The position numbers and the translations under genes were made by a program. The notes under the pieces were generated by a model. That model had not been told where the DNA came from, searched no databases, and saw only the letters and a program-made list of their open reading frames with translations. From positions 1-64,000 of the IMG/VR virus record IMGVR_UViG_3300032246_000381: a DNA stretch of 64,000 bases; one strand, 5' to 3'. Shown here piece by piece: positions 50,778-60,901 of the stretch (position 1 is its first letter; each line of letters opens with the position of its first letter). The DNA comes from a virus.

Positions 50778-51719
50778 ATGGTACAAACTGTAGCAACGGC
50801 ATCTGGTGATCCAATTGGCGCACTAGACTACAATACTATTAGGAATAAAATTATTCCTATTATCGGTGTCGGATCTGCTGACAAAGGCTATGGACAGGCT
50901 GTACAAAGCACAGCGGTATTTGAAAGAAACGTTGCAACTAAAGCTCAATGGGATGCACTGCGTTTTGATATTCTTAACGCAAAACTACATCAAGATGGCG
51001 TGATTCCTGCAATAGTAGAAATACAAAAAACAACGCCGATTAGATTCGGGCCTGGAAATCCAAATACTGACTACAGTATATTATCCGATATTGCAGTAAG
51101 TAATAGATTTACAGTGGCTCCTGGGCAGACAGTACTAAGTGCAAAAGCCAATAGAACTTTGGAAACAGCCTGGAGTACATTGGCAAGTTGTGAATTAACT
51201 TTGACTTTTCTAAACAGTAATGACGCTAGATATTTTTTTAATAGCGGCGGCAAAATTAAATTTACTTCGACCAGAACCGGCGGAGCTCTTACAGCACAAA
51301 ATGGTGCCTGGACATCTTTATTGTCAACAGTCGGTACACAGGCATTTAGTGCCGATCCAAATTTAATAGTTAATTTCTATAAATTAACAGATAGCTATCA
51401 GACATTTTATGTTAGATCATCTAGCACACCATACTCGGATAATAGTTTTAAACTAGAAGCTAAATCAAATGTTGCTGACAATATCGGCGGCACAGCATCA
51501 CAGGTGACAATTAAAATCAGTTGGCTTGATTCTTATGTAGATCCAGACACACTGGCTGCACCAGGATCATATCCTGCAAGTACACCGCCTGGAGACGTAG
51601 TTGACGGTATTTTATCTATCAACGTCGAAGAAACAAAAGCATCTGGAACACTGTATCCGTATGGTGGGTTTACTATCACAAGTCCTACATATTCACTATC
51701 TGCAATTTCATATACTTGA
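50778..51719 (+). CDS. Virion structural protein
   Basis: ARYFFNSGGKIKFTSTRTGG domain, paralogous to the C-terminus of the next gene. Confidence 0.65.
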   Translation: MVQTVATASGDPIGALDYNTIRNKIIPIIGVGSADKGYGQAVQSTAVFERNVATKAQWDALRFDILNAKLHQDGVIPAIVEIQKTTPIRFGPGNPNTDYSILSDIAVSNRFTVAPGQTVLSAKANRTLETAWSTLASCELTLTFLNSNDARYFFNSGGKIKFTSTRTGGALTAQNGAWTSLLSTVGTQAFSADPNLIVNFYKLTDSYQTFYVRSSSTPYSDNSFKLEAKSNVADNIGGTASQVTIKISWLDSYVDPDTLAAPGSYPASTPPGDVVDGILSINVEETKASGTLYPYGGFTITSPTYSLSAISYT

Positions 51720-51725
51720 TAGTGT

Positions 51726-51731
51726 TAAATA
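51726..51731 (+). promoter_or_regulatory. Late promoter TAAATA
   Basis: Intergenic, 23 nt before ATG 51755. Confidence 0.6.
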
Positions 51732-51754
51732 ACAGCCCAAGCAGAATTTAAAAA

Positions 51755-53713
51755 ATGGCCTTAAACACACTAACATTTACTACAAGCACAACGTGGACAG
51801 TACCGGCAGGATTGTCAGTAATCGACACGGTATTTGTTGTTGGCGGAGGTGGTTCAGGCGGCACAAATCGTGGCGGCGGCGGAGCCGGCGGCCAAGTAGT
51901 ATTAACAACTAACGTAGTAGTTGGAGCTACGGTTACAGTTACAGTTGGCGGAAGCAATCAAGCATCAGCATTCGGATCAGTAACAGCAGCAGCAGGCGCA
52001 GCAGGTGCATCAAATGCAGGTGCTGGTGGCTCTACAAGTTCAGTATTAAAAGGAGTAACCGCAAACTATTATGGCGGAGCAGCATATGGTTATACACCGC
52101 CAGGCCCAATTGCCGCAAGGTATGATGGTGGTGGTGGTGCAGGTGCTGGTCAAAGCGGGTATAATGCCGGCAACTATCCAGGTCGTGGTGGAGACGGATA
52201 TCGATGGCCTACAACTGGTACCTATTATGGTGGCGGTGGTGGTGGTGGGGCTGACTCTACTACAACTACAGGTATAGCTAATGTTAGTGCTCCAGCAGCA
52301 CAAGGCGGTGGCGGCGTAGGTGCAATTAGTGGCGGTGGCGGAGCCGGCGGAGCAAACTTAGGCGGTGGAGGCGGTGGAGGCGGCGACTCAGCAGGAGGCG
52401 GCGCAGGAGGAACAGGGGTTGTTATCATACAATACTTTGATCCTGTATATACGCTGTCATTAAATCAGCCTGGTGTCAGTGAAGGCGAAACCCTTACAGT
52501 TACTCTAAAAACCCAATATGTTACCAATGGGTCAGTTATAGCATTTACTCTTTCCGGTGGTGGTGTTACTGGCAGCGATTTTGCAGGCGGCCTAACAGGC
52601 AGCATTACTATAACCAGTACCGATGGCGGAATTACAGGAACTGGTTCAACAACAATTACATTAGTTAATGATAGTACTACAGAAGGTAATGAAGTTGTAG
52701 TACTATCATTAATAAACGGAAAAGCAGCGATAACATTTTTAGTCGGCGATTCTTCAATCGGTAACATTAGCAATGTTCTTTCAAAGACAATTTCGCAGTC
52801 GGATTATAATCTTATTCGTGCAAAAGTAGTTGGTGTACTAGGTTCAGGTGTAGGGAATTCGGGATGGGGACAAATCGTTCAGAGTTCAGCAGTTGCCGAA
52901 GGTACTACAGTTTCTATCAAAGAATGGAGCAGACTCAAATACGATATTTTTAATTCGTGGCTACATCTGTATAATACAACACCTTCATTGACAGCAATAT
53001 CCGAAGGTAATTTAGTTAGAGCCAATGCGATAAACTCACCATATTCGCAATACGATAGTTATGCTAATGTTATTGTATCTAATAGAATGAATTCTCCGGG
53101 TACTGGTCAATACATTACACGTTCGACCCCGCCAGCATCACGGACAGAAGTATGGGTAGCAAATTATAATACTCCTTGGGCTGCAAGACTAAGCACCATA
53201 GTTAGTGCTTCGTGGAGTAATGGAGATGCTGCTAGATATTTCTTTAACAGTGGCGGAGAACTACGTTTCACAACCAGTCGCACAGGCGGCACAGGCAGTA
53301 CACAGAATCTGTCCTGGACCACACTATTACAGAATGTAGGAACAGTGAGATTTGGAGGCGCGATTCCAGGTGGCGTAGTATCAAGCGGAGTTGGAAATTT
53401 TTACAGTTTAACAAATACATTCCAAACATTCTTTACAGTAGCATCATCAAATCCGTATTCAAATAACTCGTTTAAAATGTCAGCCAGAACACCGGGTGTA
53501 AACAATGTAAACGGTGGAGCAACATCATTAGAAATTCAAGTCGAATGGCTAGATGATCATCTTGGTATTGCTGGCGGCCCTGACTCCATTGACGGAATTA
53601 TTCAATTAGTAGTTTCTACATTGGAAGCCTCAGGACTACTGCAACCAAGCGGCACTGGAAACTTTACAGTAGAATGTCCGGTTATCAGCACCTTTACAAT
53701 TCTTAACGGTTAA
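51755..53713 (+). CDS. Glycine-rich adhesin-like structural protein
   Basis: N-terminal Gly-rich domain (VVGGGGSGG...GGAGGTGVVII), Calx-beta-like middle, ARYFFNSGG C-domain. Confidence 0.7.
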   Translation: MALNTLTFTTSTTWTVPAGLSVIDTVFVVGGGGSGGTNRGGGGAGGQVVLTTNVVVGATVTVTVGGSNQASAFGSVTAAAGAAGASNAGAGGSTSSVLKGVTANYYGGAAYGYTPPGPIAARYDGGGGAGAGQSGYNAGNYPGRGGDGYRWPTTGTYYGGGGGGGADSTTTTGIANVSAPAAQGGGGVGAISGGGGAGGANLGGGGGGGGDSAGGGAGGTGVVIIQYFDPVYTLSLNQPGVSEGETLTVTLKTQYVTNGSVIAFTLSGGGVTGSDFAGGLTGSITITSTDGGITGTGSTTITLVNDSTTEGNEVVVLSLINGKAAITFLVGDSSIGNISNVLSKTISQSDYNLIRAKVVGVLGSGVGNSGWGQIVQSSAVAEGTTVSIKEWSRLKYDIFNSWLHLYNTTPSLTAISEGNLVRANAINSPYSQYDSYANVIVSNRMNSPGTGQYITRSTPPASRTEVWVANYNTPWAARLSTIVSASWSNGDAARYFFNSGGELRFTTSRTGGTGSTQNLSWTTLLQNVGTVRFGGAIPGGVVSSGVGNFYSLTNTFQTFFTVASSNPYSNNSFKMSARTPGVNNVNGGATSLEIQVEWLDDHLGIAGGPDSIDGIIQLVVSTLEASGLLQPSGTGNFTVECPVISTFTILNG

Positions 53714-53740
53714 AATATTCTCAGACTAGTAGGATACTGA

Positions 53741-53746
53741 TAAGTA
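53741..53746 (+). promoter_or_regulatory. Variant late promoter TAAGTA
   Basis: 8 nt before ATG 53755, inside the small inverted repeat gatact-gata-agtatc. Confidence 0.4.
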
Positions 53747-53754
53747 TCTGAACA

Positions 53755-54849
53755 ATGTATCAATATCACGAAATTACATCATTAAGTCTTGAAGTCACAA
53801 GCAAGTGCCAAGCACGTTGTCCTATGTGTGCTAGGAATTATCACGGTGATGTAGAAAATCCGTTGTTACCTATAAATGATATTCCTATCGACCTATTAAA
53901 ACAAATAATTCCTGTAGATTTTGTTAAGCAATTAAGAGCTGTAACAATATGCGGAAATTTCGGAGATCCAATATTATACAAGGATTTAATTTTAGCCATA
54001 GAATATTTTGCTACAAATAATCCTAGTATCTATATAGAAATAGATACCAACGGCAGTGCTAGAACTAAAGATTGGTGGAGAAATCTTGCAAAGGCATTAC
54101 CGGATAATCACAGAGTACAATTTGGAATAGACGGACTAAGTGATACTAACCACATATATCGAGTAGGCACTGACTATAATACTATTATTGAAAATGCCCA
54201 AGCGTTTATCGATGCGGGCGGCAAAGCAAGATGGAATTATATTATATTCAAACATAACCAGCATCAACTAGAACAGGCCAAGCAGATAGCCAACGATCTA
54301 GGTTTTGAAAGTTTTCGAGAAAAAGAATCTAGTAGATTTATCGGAAGTAAAAGTTATGATGTATTAGATCGCAATGGAAATGTGGCATATAAATTAGAAG
54401 CTCCTACAGAACAGCGTATAACTTTTGTTACCAAAGAAATAGTAGAAAATTATAAACAAATCTTTAGCCAAGCAACAATTAACTGCCAGGTAAAACAGAC
54501 CAAAACGATACATATCAATGCTCAGGGCTATGTTTGGCCTTGTACATTTGTCGCAGCCATTCCTTACCTCTATGAAAAACCAGGCGAATTAGTTTATAAT
54601 TATATAATGGATTCTAGAAAGAATTTAGAAGAATTTTTAGATAGTAAATTTGGCGGAATGGAATTTCTTAATTTAAGACACACTACAATTGAATCTGTCG
54701 TTAATAGTACACAATGGCAGACTGAATGGGATAAAGTATTTCGAGATAATTCGGTATATGTATGCACTCGTGCCTGCGGTAAGTTTACTGAAGATGTTAT
54801 AAGTCAATGTAGAGACCAATTTTTAGATGTACAGAACTTTATTGGATAG
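53755..54849 (+). CDS. Radical SAM protein with C-terminal SPASM/twitch-like domain
   Basis: CQARCPMC, GNFGDP, TNGS, FGIDG; C-terminal C..INAQGYVWPC..CTRAC. Confidence 0.9.
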   Translation: MYQYHEITSLSLEVTSKCQARCPMCARNYHGDVENPLLPINDIPIDLLKQIIPVDFVKQLRAVTICGNFGDPILYKDLILAIEYFATNNPSIYIEIDTNGSARTKDWWRNLAKALPDNHRVQFGIDGLSDTNHIYRVGTDYNTIIENAQAFIDAGGKARWNYIIFKHNQHQLEQAKQIANDLGFESFREKESSRFIGSKSYDVLDRNGNVAYKLEAPTEQRITFVTKEIVENYKQIFSQATINCQVKQTKTIHINAQGYVWPCTFVAAIPYLYEKPGELVYNYIMDSRKNLEEFLDSKFGGMEFLNLRHTTIESVVNSTQWQTEWDKVFRDNSVYVCTRACGKFTEDVISQCRDQFLDVQNFIG

Positions 54850-54876
54850 AGTACCGGGTTAGAAATATTTTCACCC

Positions 54877-54910
54877 TTAATATAGCACGGTAAATAAAGT
54901 GCTATGTTAA
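54877..54910 (+). promoter_or_regulatory. Late promoter TAAATA in the loop of a 12-bp hairpin
   Basis: ttaatatagcac (54877-54888) / gtgctatgttaa (54899-54910), TAAATA at 54891-54896. Confidence 0.6.
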
Positions 54911-54921
54911 TAGGAGATAAT

Positions 54922-55272
54922 ATGGAAGACCAACTTCAAACTGCGCTAAACTTTGCCAATTACCGGCAATCTTTTTCAATCCAACGTAAAACCCTAAAAG
55001 AAAAAATCGAAGCTAAACTAACCTACGGCTTTGGTGGCGGCATCTTTAAAATTGATAGAGAGTTGATTAGTTTTACACAGACCCTAATTGACAAAGAGCG
55101 TGCCTTTGGTGTAGTTATGTTAGATCAAAATGATAATCCCGTGTTAGTAGATGATCTACAGCATTTCCAAGATGACATTATTTCAAGATATTTCGAAGCA
55201 ACAAACGAATATTTTGAACAGTATCAAAATTTAAAGAAAAGCAGAACTGTGGAAAAATTATTAGACCTATGA
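54922..55272 (+). CDS. Hypothetical protein, first gene of the glycosyltransferase operon
   Basis: AGGAG 6 nt before ATG 54922, preferred over ATG 54904. Confidence 0.7.
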   Translation: MEDQLQTALNFANYRQSFSIQRKTLKEKIEAKLTYGFGGGIFKIDRELISFTQTLIDKERAFGVVMLDQNDNPVLVDDLQHFQDDIISRYFEATNEYFEQYQNLKKSRTVEKLLDL

Positions 55273-56135
55273 AAAAAGGTGCATTGATTTTTGCTCACAA
55301 TAATAGAGACGTTGACTATGCGTTGATGTCCCTAATTTCAGGCGGCCTAGCTAAAAAGCATCTAGGAATTCCAGTGACATTAGTTACAGATGAAACTACG
55401 TTAGCCTGGATGAAGCAGTCGAACATATATCAACGATCTACAGAAGTATTTGAAAATATTATTACAGTTGAAAAACCAGTTACTGAGAATCAACGTAGGC
55501 TATGGGACGGAGTTGAACTTAACAAAGTAGTGCCTTTTGCAAATTCTAATCGAGCATCGGCCTACGATATCACTCCCTATGATCGTACACTGCTGTTAGA
55601 TAGTGATTTTTTAATTTTTTCAAATAGACTAAATGAGTTTTGGGATTCTGAAGAAGATGTATTGATTGCAGATTCAATGAATGATATCTACGGTCCTAGT
55701 CGCGTTGGATATCACGACAAATATATTTCAGATACTGGAATCCATATGTTCTGGGCCACTACTGTTATGTTTACTAAAAATGAATATAGCAGAGAATTTT
55801 TTAATCTAGTGAATTTTGTTAGAACCAACTATCAATATTACGGTGATCTTTTTAGATTTAATACTCAGCAGTATAGAAATGATATTGCATTTAGTATTGC
55901 CAAACACATAATGTCTGGTTTTGAAACCGATCGAACAACAGCCTTACCGCCATTGCTTACAACTATTGATAAAGACATTTTACATAGTGTAGACTCTAAC
56001 GGTAAATTAACATTTTTAGTTTCTCCTATGTTTGATTCTAATATGTGTGCCGCTGCAATTAAAAATACTGATGTACACGTTATGAATAAACAAAGTCTTG
56101 TGCGTAACGCAGATGCACTATTGGAGCTAATATGA
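55269..56135 (+). CDS. GT-A fold glycosyltransferase-like protein
   Basis: TPYDRTLLLDSDFL (DxD), RNDIAFSIA, HVMNK. Confidence 0.7.
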   Translation: MKKGALIFAHNNRDVDYALMSLISGGLAKKHLGIPVTLVTDETTLAWMKQSNIYQRSTEVFENIITVEKPVTENQRRLWDGVELNKVVPFANSNRASAYDITPYDRTLLLDSDFLIFSNRLNEFWDSEEDVLIADSMNDIYGPSRVGYHDKYISDTGIHMFWATTVMFTKNEYSREFFNLVNFVRTNYQYYGDLFRFNTQQYRNDIAFSIAKHIMSGFETDRTTALPPLLTTIDKDILHSVDSNGKLTFLVSPMFDSNMCAAAIKNTDVHVMNKQSLVRNADALLELI

Positions 56136-56971
56136 ACTTTGGATATCTAATAGTTGTTTCGACCTCGAGTGAAGTTGATTACACACAGTTAGCCTATGCG
56201 CTGGCCTTAAGTATTAAAAACACACAGAAACCAGGTTACGATAAAGTTGCATTGGTGATAGACGATCCACAACAGATAACACGCTTTAATTCTACCTGGG
56301 TATTTGATCACGTAATTCATTGGGACAAGGAAGTGTATTGGGATGGTCGTAGTTGGATGGATCAATTATCACCGTTTGACGAAACAGTTTGCCTTGATGC
56401 CGATATGTTATTTTTAAGAGATTACAGTCATTGGATTGATTATTTTGTTGAAAATGCGGAATTGTATATCGCAAACAAAGCCTATACCTATAGAGGCGAG
56501 ACAGTTACCTCAGACGAGTATAGGAGAACATTTACTAAAAATAATTTACCTAACTTATATTCGATGTATACCTTCTTTAAAAAAGATAGCAAATTAGCTA
56601 AAGAGTTTTTTACTCTAGGAAGATATATTCTTAAAAATCCAAAAGAGTTTAGTAATTTATTTTTATCAGTAAACAAGCCAAAGGTAGTTGGTACAGACGA
56701 AGCGTTTGCTCTATCTGCTAAACTACTTGACATAACAGATGATGTTGCCTACGAATTAGAGTTTCCAAGGATAGTCCATATGAAGCCAATGGTACAGAAT
56801 TGGCCGTGGCCTGCAGACAGTGTATCAGACCACGTGGGATTCTATCTTAATAAAAAAGGTCAGTTAAAGATAGGAAACTATCAACAATCGGACATTGTGC
56901 ATTATGTTGAAAAAGATAAGATTAATACAGAAATGATCAATATCTTAGAGGAGATAGCGTGGAAGAAATAA
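56132..56971 (+). CDS. GT-A fold (GT8-like) glycosyltransferase-like protein
   Basis: SPFDETVCLDADMLF (DxD), TDEAFAL, VHMKP; paralogue of the upstream gene. Confidence 0.72.
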   Translation: MNFGYLIVVSTSSEVDYTQLAYALALSIKNTQKPGYDKVALVIDDPQQITRFNSTWVFDHVIHWDKEVYWDGRSWMDQLSPFDETVCLDADMLFLRDYSHWIDYFVENAELYIANKAYTYRGETVTSDEYRRTFTKNNLPNLYSMYTFFKKDSKLAKEFFTLGRYILKNPKEFSNLFLSVNKPKVVGTDEAFALSAKLLDITDDVAYELEFPRIVHMKPMVQNWPWPADSVSDHVGFYLNKKGQLKIGNYQQSDIVHYVEKDKINTEMINILEEIAWKK

Positions 56972-57591
56972 TTGACGATTTTGAATCTTGGCTAAAAAAC
57001 TATACTCCCGTAGAGATAGATTATTATGCAACGTTCGATCCTGATACTGGTAAGGTCACTTCGGTAGGACCATCCTATGCGTTTGCTGATGAAAAGAATA
57101 AAATTGCTATCGACAGAGAAATGGCAGAGTTAATATTAGAAGGAAAGATCAATATACATTCTTGTGTAATCGATATGCGATCAAATACACTTGAAATCGC
57201 AGAATTAAAATCTGTGTTTAAGATCGACGATGTACTGCATAGAATAATTTCTAAAGAATGGTCTGAAATCGAAAAGCCGGATATCTATATCACATACGAT
57301 AGAAGTAAAAAATCTTTGAAATTTCAAATGACTGAGGAATTTTCTGGAACTTATAAATTAGATAAACAGTTCCAGCCTGTAGTGCAGCGTAAGATTTATT
57401 GGGACGGAGAAACAGTAATGAATTTTTTAATAACTGATTACAACGATCCTAATATTTTACACAAAATGATTTCTTTAAAAATATCCGATTTAATTGCAGC
57501 ATCTAAAACTTTTAGAAGTTTAGATCTACCAGAAGCATTTAGCGTTTACACCAGACGCATTTTTAAAAATTATGTTATTGAAATAAAATGA
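56959..57591 (+). CDS. Hypothetical protein
   Basis: 210-aa ORF overlapping both neighbours, GAGGAG upstream. Confidence 0.65.
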   Translation: MEEIIDDFESWLKNYTPVEIDYYATFDPDTGKVTSVGPSYAFADEKNKIAIDREMAELILEGKINIHSCVIDMRSNTLEIAELKSVFKIDDVLHRIISKEWSEIEKPDIYITYDRSKKSLKFQMTEEFSGTYKLDKQFQPVVQRKIYWDGETVMNFLITDYNDPNILHKMISLKISDLIAASKTFRSLDLPEAFSVYTRRIFKNYVIEIK

Positions 57592-58481
57592 AAATTATAG
57601 AATTTGATGTTGTATTTTTAAGCTACGATGAGCCGAATGCTGATCTACACTATGCAGATTTATGTAACAAGGTTCCTTGGGCAAAGCGTGTTCACGGAGT
57701 TAAAGGCAGCGACCACGCACATAAAGCAGCAGCAGAAATGAGTGAAACAGAATGGTTTATTACTGTAGATGCTGATAACATTGTAGATCCTACGTTTTTC
57801 AATCTAGAACTTGATATGACAGATCCTAAGATACAGGTCTATGGATGGTGTGGTCGTAATAGTATCAATGGTCTGCGTTACGGAAACGGTGGACTGAAGA
57901 TCTGGAAAAAAGACTTTGTGCTTAATATGAAAACCCACGAAAACTCAGATAGCGATCGCGGCCAAGTAGACTTTTGCTGGGAAGATGGTTATAAAAACTT
58001 TCCACGTATCTACAGTGAAAGCATTATTACAGGATCTCCATTCCAAGCCTGGCGGGCAGGATTCCGTGAAGGCGTCAAGATGACTTTACTTGACGGAGTT
58101 AAAGTTCCTCCACAAGAAATTAAAGAACGCATATGGTGGCATAACATTCATAGACTGCGTATGTGGTCAACAGTTGGGGCCCACGAAGAAAACGGAATCT
58201 ATGCAATTCTTGGAGCTCGACTAGGGACGTGGATGACCAATTGTACTGATTGGAATTATGTTGATGTGCGTGACTTTGAAATATTGAGAACTATGTATGA
58301 AGAAAATATCAAGCACGATAATATTGAAGCGGATATTATAGAGGTTGGAGAAAAATTAAAAGTAGAGTTGGGTCTCGATTGGCCACTGCTTGATGCAGCA
58401 CAAAGCAAGTACACCCTAGATTTATACGATGAAACAATTAATCTAGGTTTAACCTATTATAGAATGCCTGACAATGTATGA
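57588..58481 (+). CDS. Glycosyltransferase-like protein (GT-A)
   Basis: DVVFLSYDEP, GVKGSDHAHKAAA, FITVDADN, YGNGGLK, WRAGFREGVK. Confidence 0.7.
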   Translation: MKIIEFDVVFLSYDEPNADLHYADLCNKVPWAKRVHGVKGSDHAHKAAAEMSETEWFITVDADNIVDPTFFNLELDMTDPKIQVYGWCGRNSINGLRYGNGGLKIWKKDFVLNMKTHENSDSDRGQVDFCWEDGYKNFPRIYSESIITGSPFQAWRAGFREGVKMTLLDGVKVPPQEIKERIWWHNIHRLRMWSTVGAHEENGIYAILGARLGTWMTNCTDWNYVDVRDFEILRTMYEENIKHDNIEADIIEVGEKLKVELGLDWPLLDAAQSKYTLDLYDETINLGLTYYRMPDNV

Positions 58482-59544
58482 TATTTTTTATGTTGGTAAG
58501 GGGGCGATCAGCAATACTGCTTGGGAAGAATTCAGGCAGAGATATCCTAACGCACAAAAATTAGAAAACGTAAAGTCTTTTGAAGAAGTAAAACGCAGAG
58601 CTTTTACTAAAATGTTTTGGGTAGTATGGGATTATGTTTTATTAGACCCAGAATTTAATTTAGATTATCGTGTGCCTAAGTGGGATGAAAAATACGTTCA
58701 CGTATTTAAGAACGGCAACTTCTATGACGGTATCTGTATATTTCCTAAGAATGCACGTATACTGCAACGAGAATGGGAATATAGATTCTTTACAAATAAA
58801 AAAGAAATGGACACAGTGGCCAGTTACCCAAGAAAATATGACGTAGTTTTTATTTCGTACAATGAACCGTCTGCAGAGACAAATTTTTCTGCACTGCTAA
58901 CACATATAGATGGTAATCGAGTACATTGGGTTCAAGGAGTTAAGGGCATACACCAAGCACATATTGAAGCGGCTAAGCGTGTTTCCACAGATATGTTCTA
59001 TGTTGTAGATGCTGATGCTGATATTGCAGATAGTTTTAAATTTGATTATCAAATCCCGCATTTTGATTTTAATGCAAAAAACACAGTGTATGTTTGGCAA
59101 AGTCAAAATCCAGTGAACGATCTAGTATATGGATATGGTGGAGTTAAATTATTACCAACGCAGATGACTATTGATATGGATCTGTCTAAAGCAGATATGA
59201 CAACTAGCATATCAAAGCTATTTCGTCCAATGCCAGAAATTAGTAATGTTACTCGATTTAATACTGATGCATTTAGTACCTGGCGTAGTGCATTCCGTGA
59301 ATGTTGTAAATTAGCCAGCAGAGTAATTGATCGTCAAGACGATAAAGAAACACAGCAGCGATTGGAAGCGTGGAACACACTCAATGAATCTGTACCATAC
59401 GGTGCTTACGCATATATGGGTGCAATAGCAGGAAAGTATTTTGGCCTGTTCTGGCAAAACGCACCTGCTGAGTTGGCAAAGATAAATGACTTTGACTGGC
59501 TGAAAGAACAATTTGAATTAGCAAAGGAAAATCTAAATGGATGA
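58474..59544 (+). CDS. Glycosyltransferase-like protein with a duplicated N-terminal domain
   Basis: DVVFISYNEP, GVKGIHQAHIEAA, YVVDADA, YGYGGVK, WRSAFRECCK; degenerate copy at the N-terminus (YDIFYV...FWVVWD). Confidence 0.7.
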   Translation: MYDIFYVGKGAISNTAWEEFRQRYPNAQKLENVKSFEEVKRRAFTKMFWVVWDYVLLDPEFNLDYRVPKWDEKYVHVFKNGNFYDGICIFPKNARILQREWEYRFFTNKKEMDTVASYPRKYDVVFISYNEPSAETNFSALLTHIDGNRVHWVQGVKGIHQAHIEAAKRVSTDMFYVVDADADIADSFKFDYQIPHFDFNAKNTVYVWQSQNPVNDLVYGYGGVKLLPTQMTIDMDLSKADMTTSISKLFRPMPEISNVTRFNTDAFSTWRSAFRECCKLASRVIDRQDDKETQQRLEAWNTLNESVPYGAYAYMGAIAGKYFGLFWQNAPAELAKINDFDWLKEQFELAKENLNG

Positions 59545-60901
59545 CAAGGCACGGATACAAAAATTCATTCCTATAATGAATGAAATCAGTCCTACGTTTT
59601 GTCTAGCGAAATGGCATCATACGACTATCTATTTGCAAACAGGAGAAACACATAGTTGTTATCATCCTGCTCCACATAAAATTCCGTTAGAAGAAATTGC
59701 ATTAGATCCTAGTGCATTACATAACACTAAAGAAAAGATTAATCAACGTGCTGAAATGATGGCAGGACAAAAACCTAGTGGTTGCAATTACTGTTGGAAT
59801 ATCGAAGCAATGGGCGAAGACTATATCAGCGATCGCAAAGAACGTAATGCAAGTATCTATACTGAAGAAAGACTAGGAGCTATTAAAGCCGATCCCCTAG
59901 CTCCGGTAAATCCGCAATATATTGAAATCAGTTTTGGCAACGAGTGCAATTTTAAATGCGGCTACTGTCATCCTAAACATAGCAGTGCATATCATAAAGA
60001 GATTAAAGATTTCGGACCATATAATATGGTTAAGAATCATCGTAATGATATTAACTGGTTTACAGTCTATGAAGAAGAAACCAATCCCTATGTTGAAGCG
60101 TGGTGGCGTTGGTGGCCCGAAGTTAGCAAGACATTGACAATTTTACGCATCACTGGCGGCGAGCCGCTGCTACAACAATCAACTTGGAGACTTTTAGATG
60201 AGCTTAATAATAATCCTAAACCTAATCTTGAGCTTAACATTAATAGCAACTTCGGGGTCAAACCGATCCTCATCGATCGACTCGTAGAGAAAGTAAACAA
60301 ACTATTAAGTGAAAAGAAAATCAAAGACTTTAAACTGTTTACTAGTATTGATACTTGGGGCAAACCTGCAGAATATATTCGAACAGGCCTAGATATTGCT
60401 GTATGGGAAAAGAATCTAGACACCTACCTAACAAAAACTAATCTGCCAGTTACATTTATGATTACATTTAATATTTTAACAGTAACAACTTTCCAAAGTC
60501 TATTAGAAAAGATTCTAGAATGGCGTGTAAAGTACAATGGTAACGATCAAAACAAATGGCAACGCATACGCTTTGACACACCGTTTTTGAAAGAACCGTT
60601 GCAGTACGATATGAATATACTGCCCAAAGATGAGTTTATGAACTATATGAAAAACCATCTAGACTTCATTCTAGCCAATCTAGACGATAAAAACCGCAGC
60701 AAATTCAACGACTTAGAGTATGCTAAATTTGAAAGAGTTGTAAAGTATATGGAAACGACTCAGTATACTAACGAGAAGCTGTTAGAAGGCAAACGCGACT
60801 TCTTTAATTGGTTTACCGAATATGACCGCCGTAGAGGCACAGATTTTGTTGCAACCTTCCCAGAATTGGAAAACTTTTATTATGACTGCCGCATCGTCTA
60901 A
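59537..60901 (+). CDS. Radical SAM protein with N-terminal twitch-like Cys domain
   Basis: CNFKCGYC, ITGGEP, INSN, TSIDT; N-terminal FCLAKW...SCYH...CNYC. Confidence 0.9.
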   Translation: MDDKARIQKFIPIMNEISPTFCLAKWHHTTIYLQTGETHSCYHPAPHKIPLEEIALDPSALHNTKEKINQRAEMMAGQKPSGCNYCWNIEAMGEDYISDRKERNASIYTEERLGAIKADPLAPVNPQYIEISFGNECNFKCGYCHPKHSSAYHKEIKDFGPYNMVKNHRNDINWFTVYEEETNPYVEAWWRWWPEVSKTLTILRITGGEPLLQQSTWRLLDELNNNPKPNLELNINSNFGVKPILIDRLVEKVNKLLSEKKIKDFKLFTSIDTWGKPAEYIRTGLDIAVWEKNLDTYLTKTNLPVTFMITFNILTVTTFQSLLEKILEWRVKYNGNDQNKWQRIRFDTPFLKEPLQYDMNILPKDEFMNYMKNHLDFILANLDDKNRSKFNDLEYAKFERVVKYMETTQYTNEKLLEGKRDFFNWFTEYDRRRGTDFVATFPELENFYYDCRIV

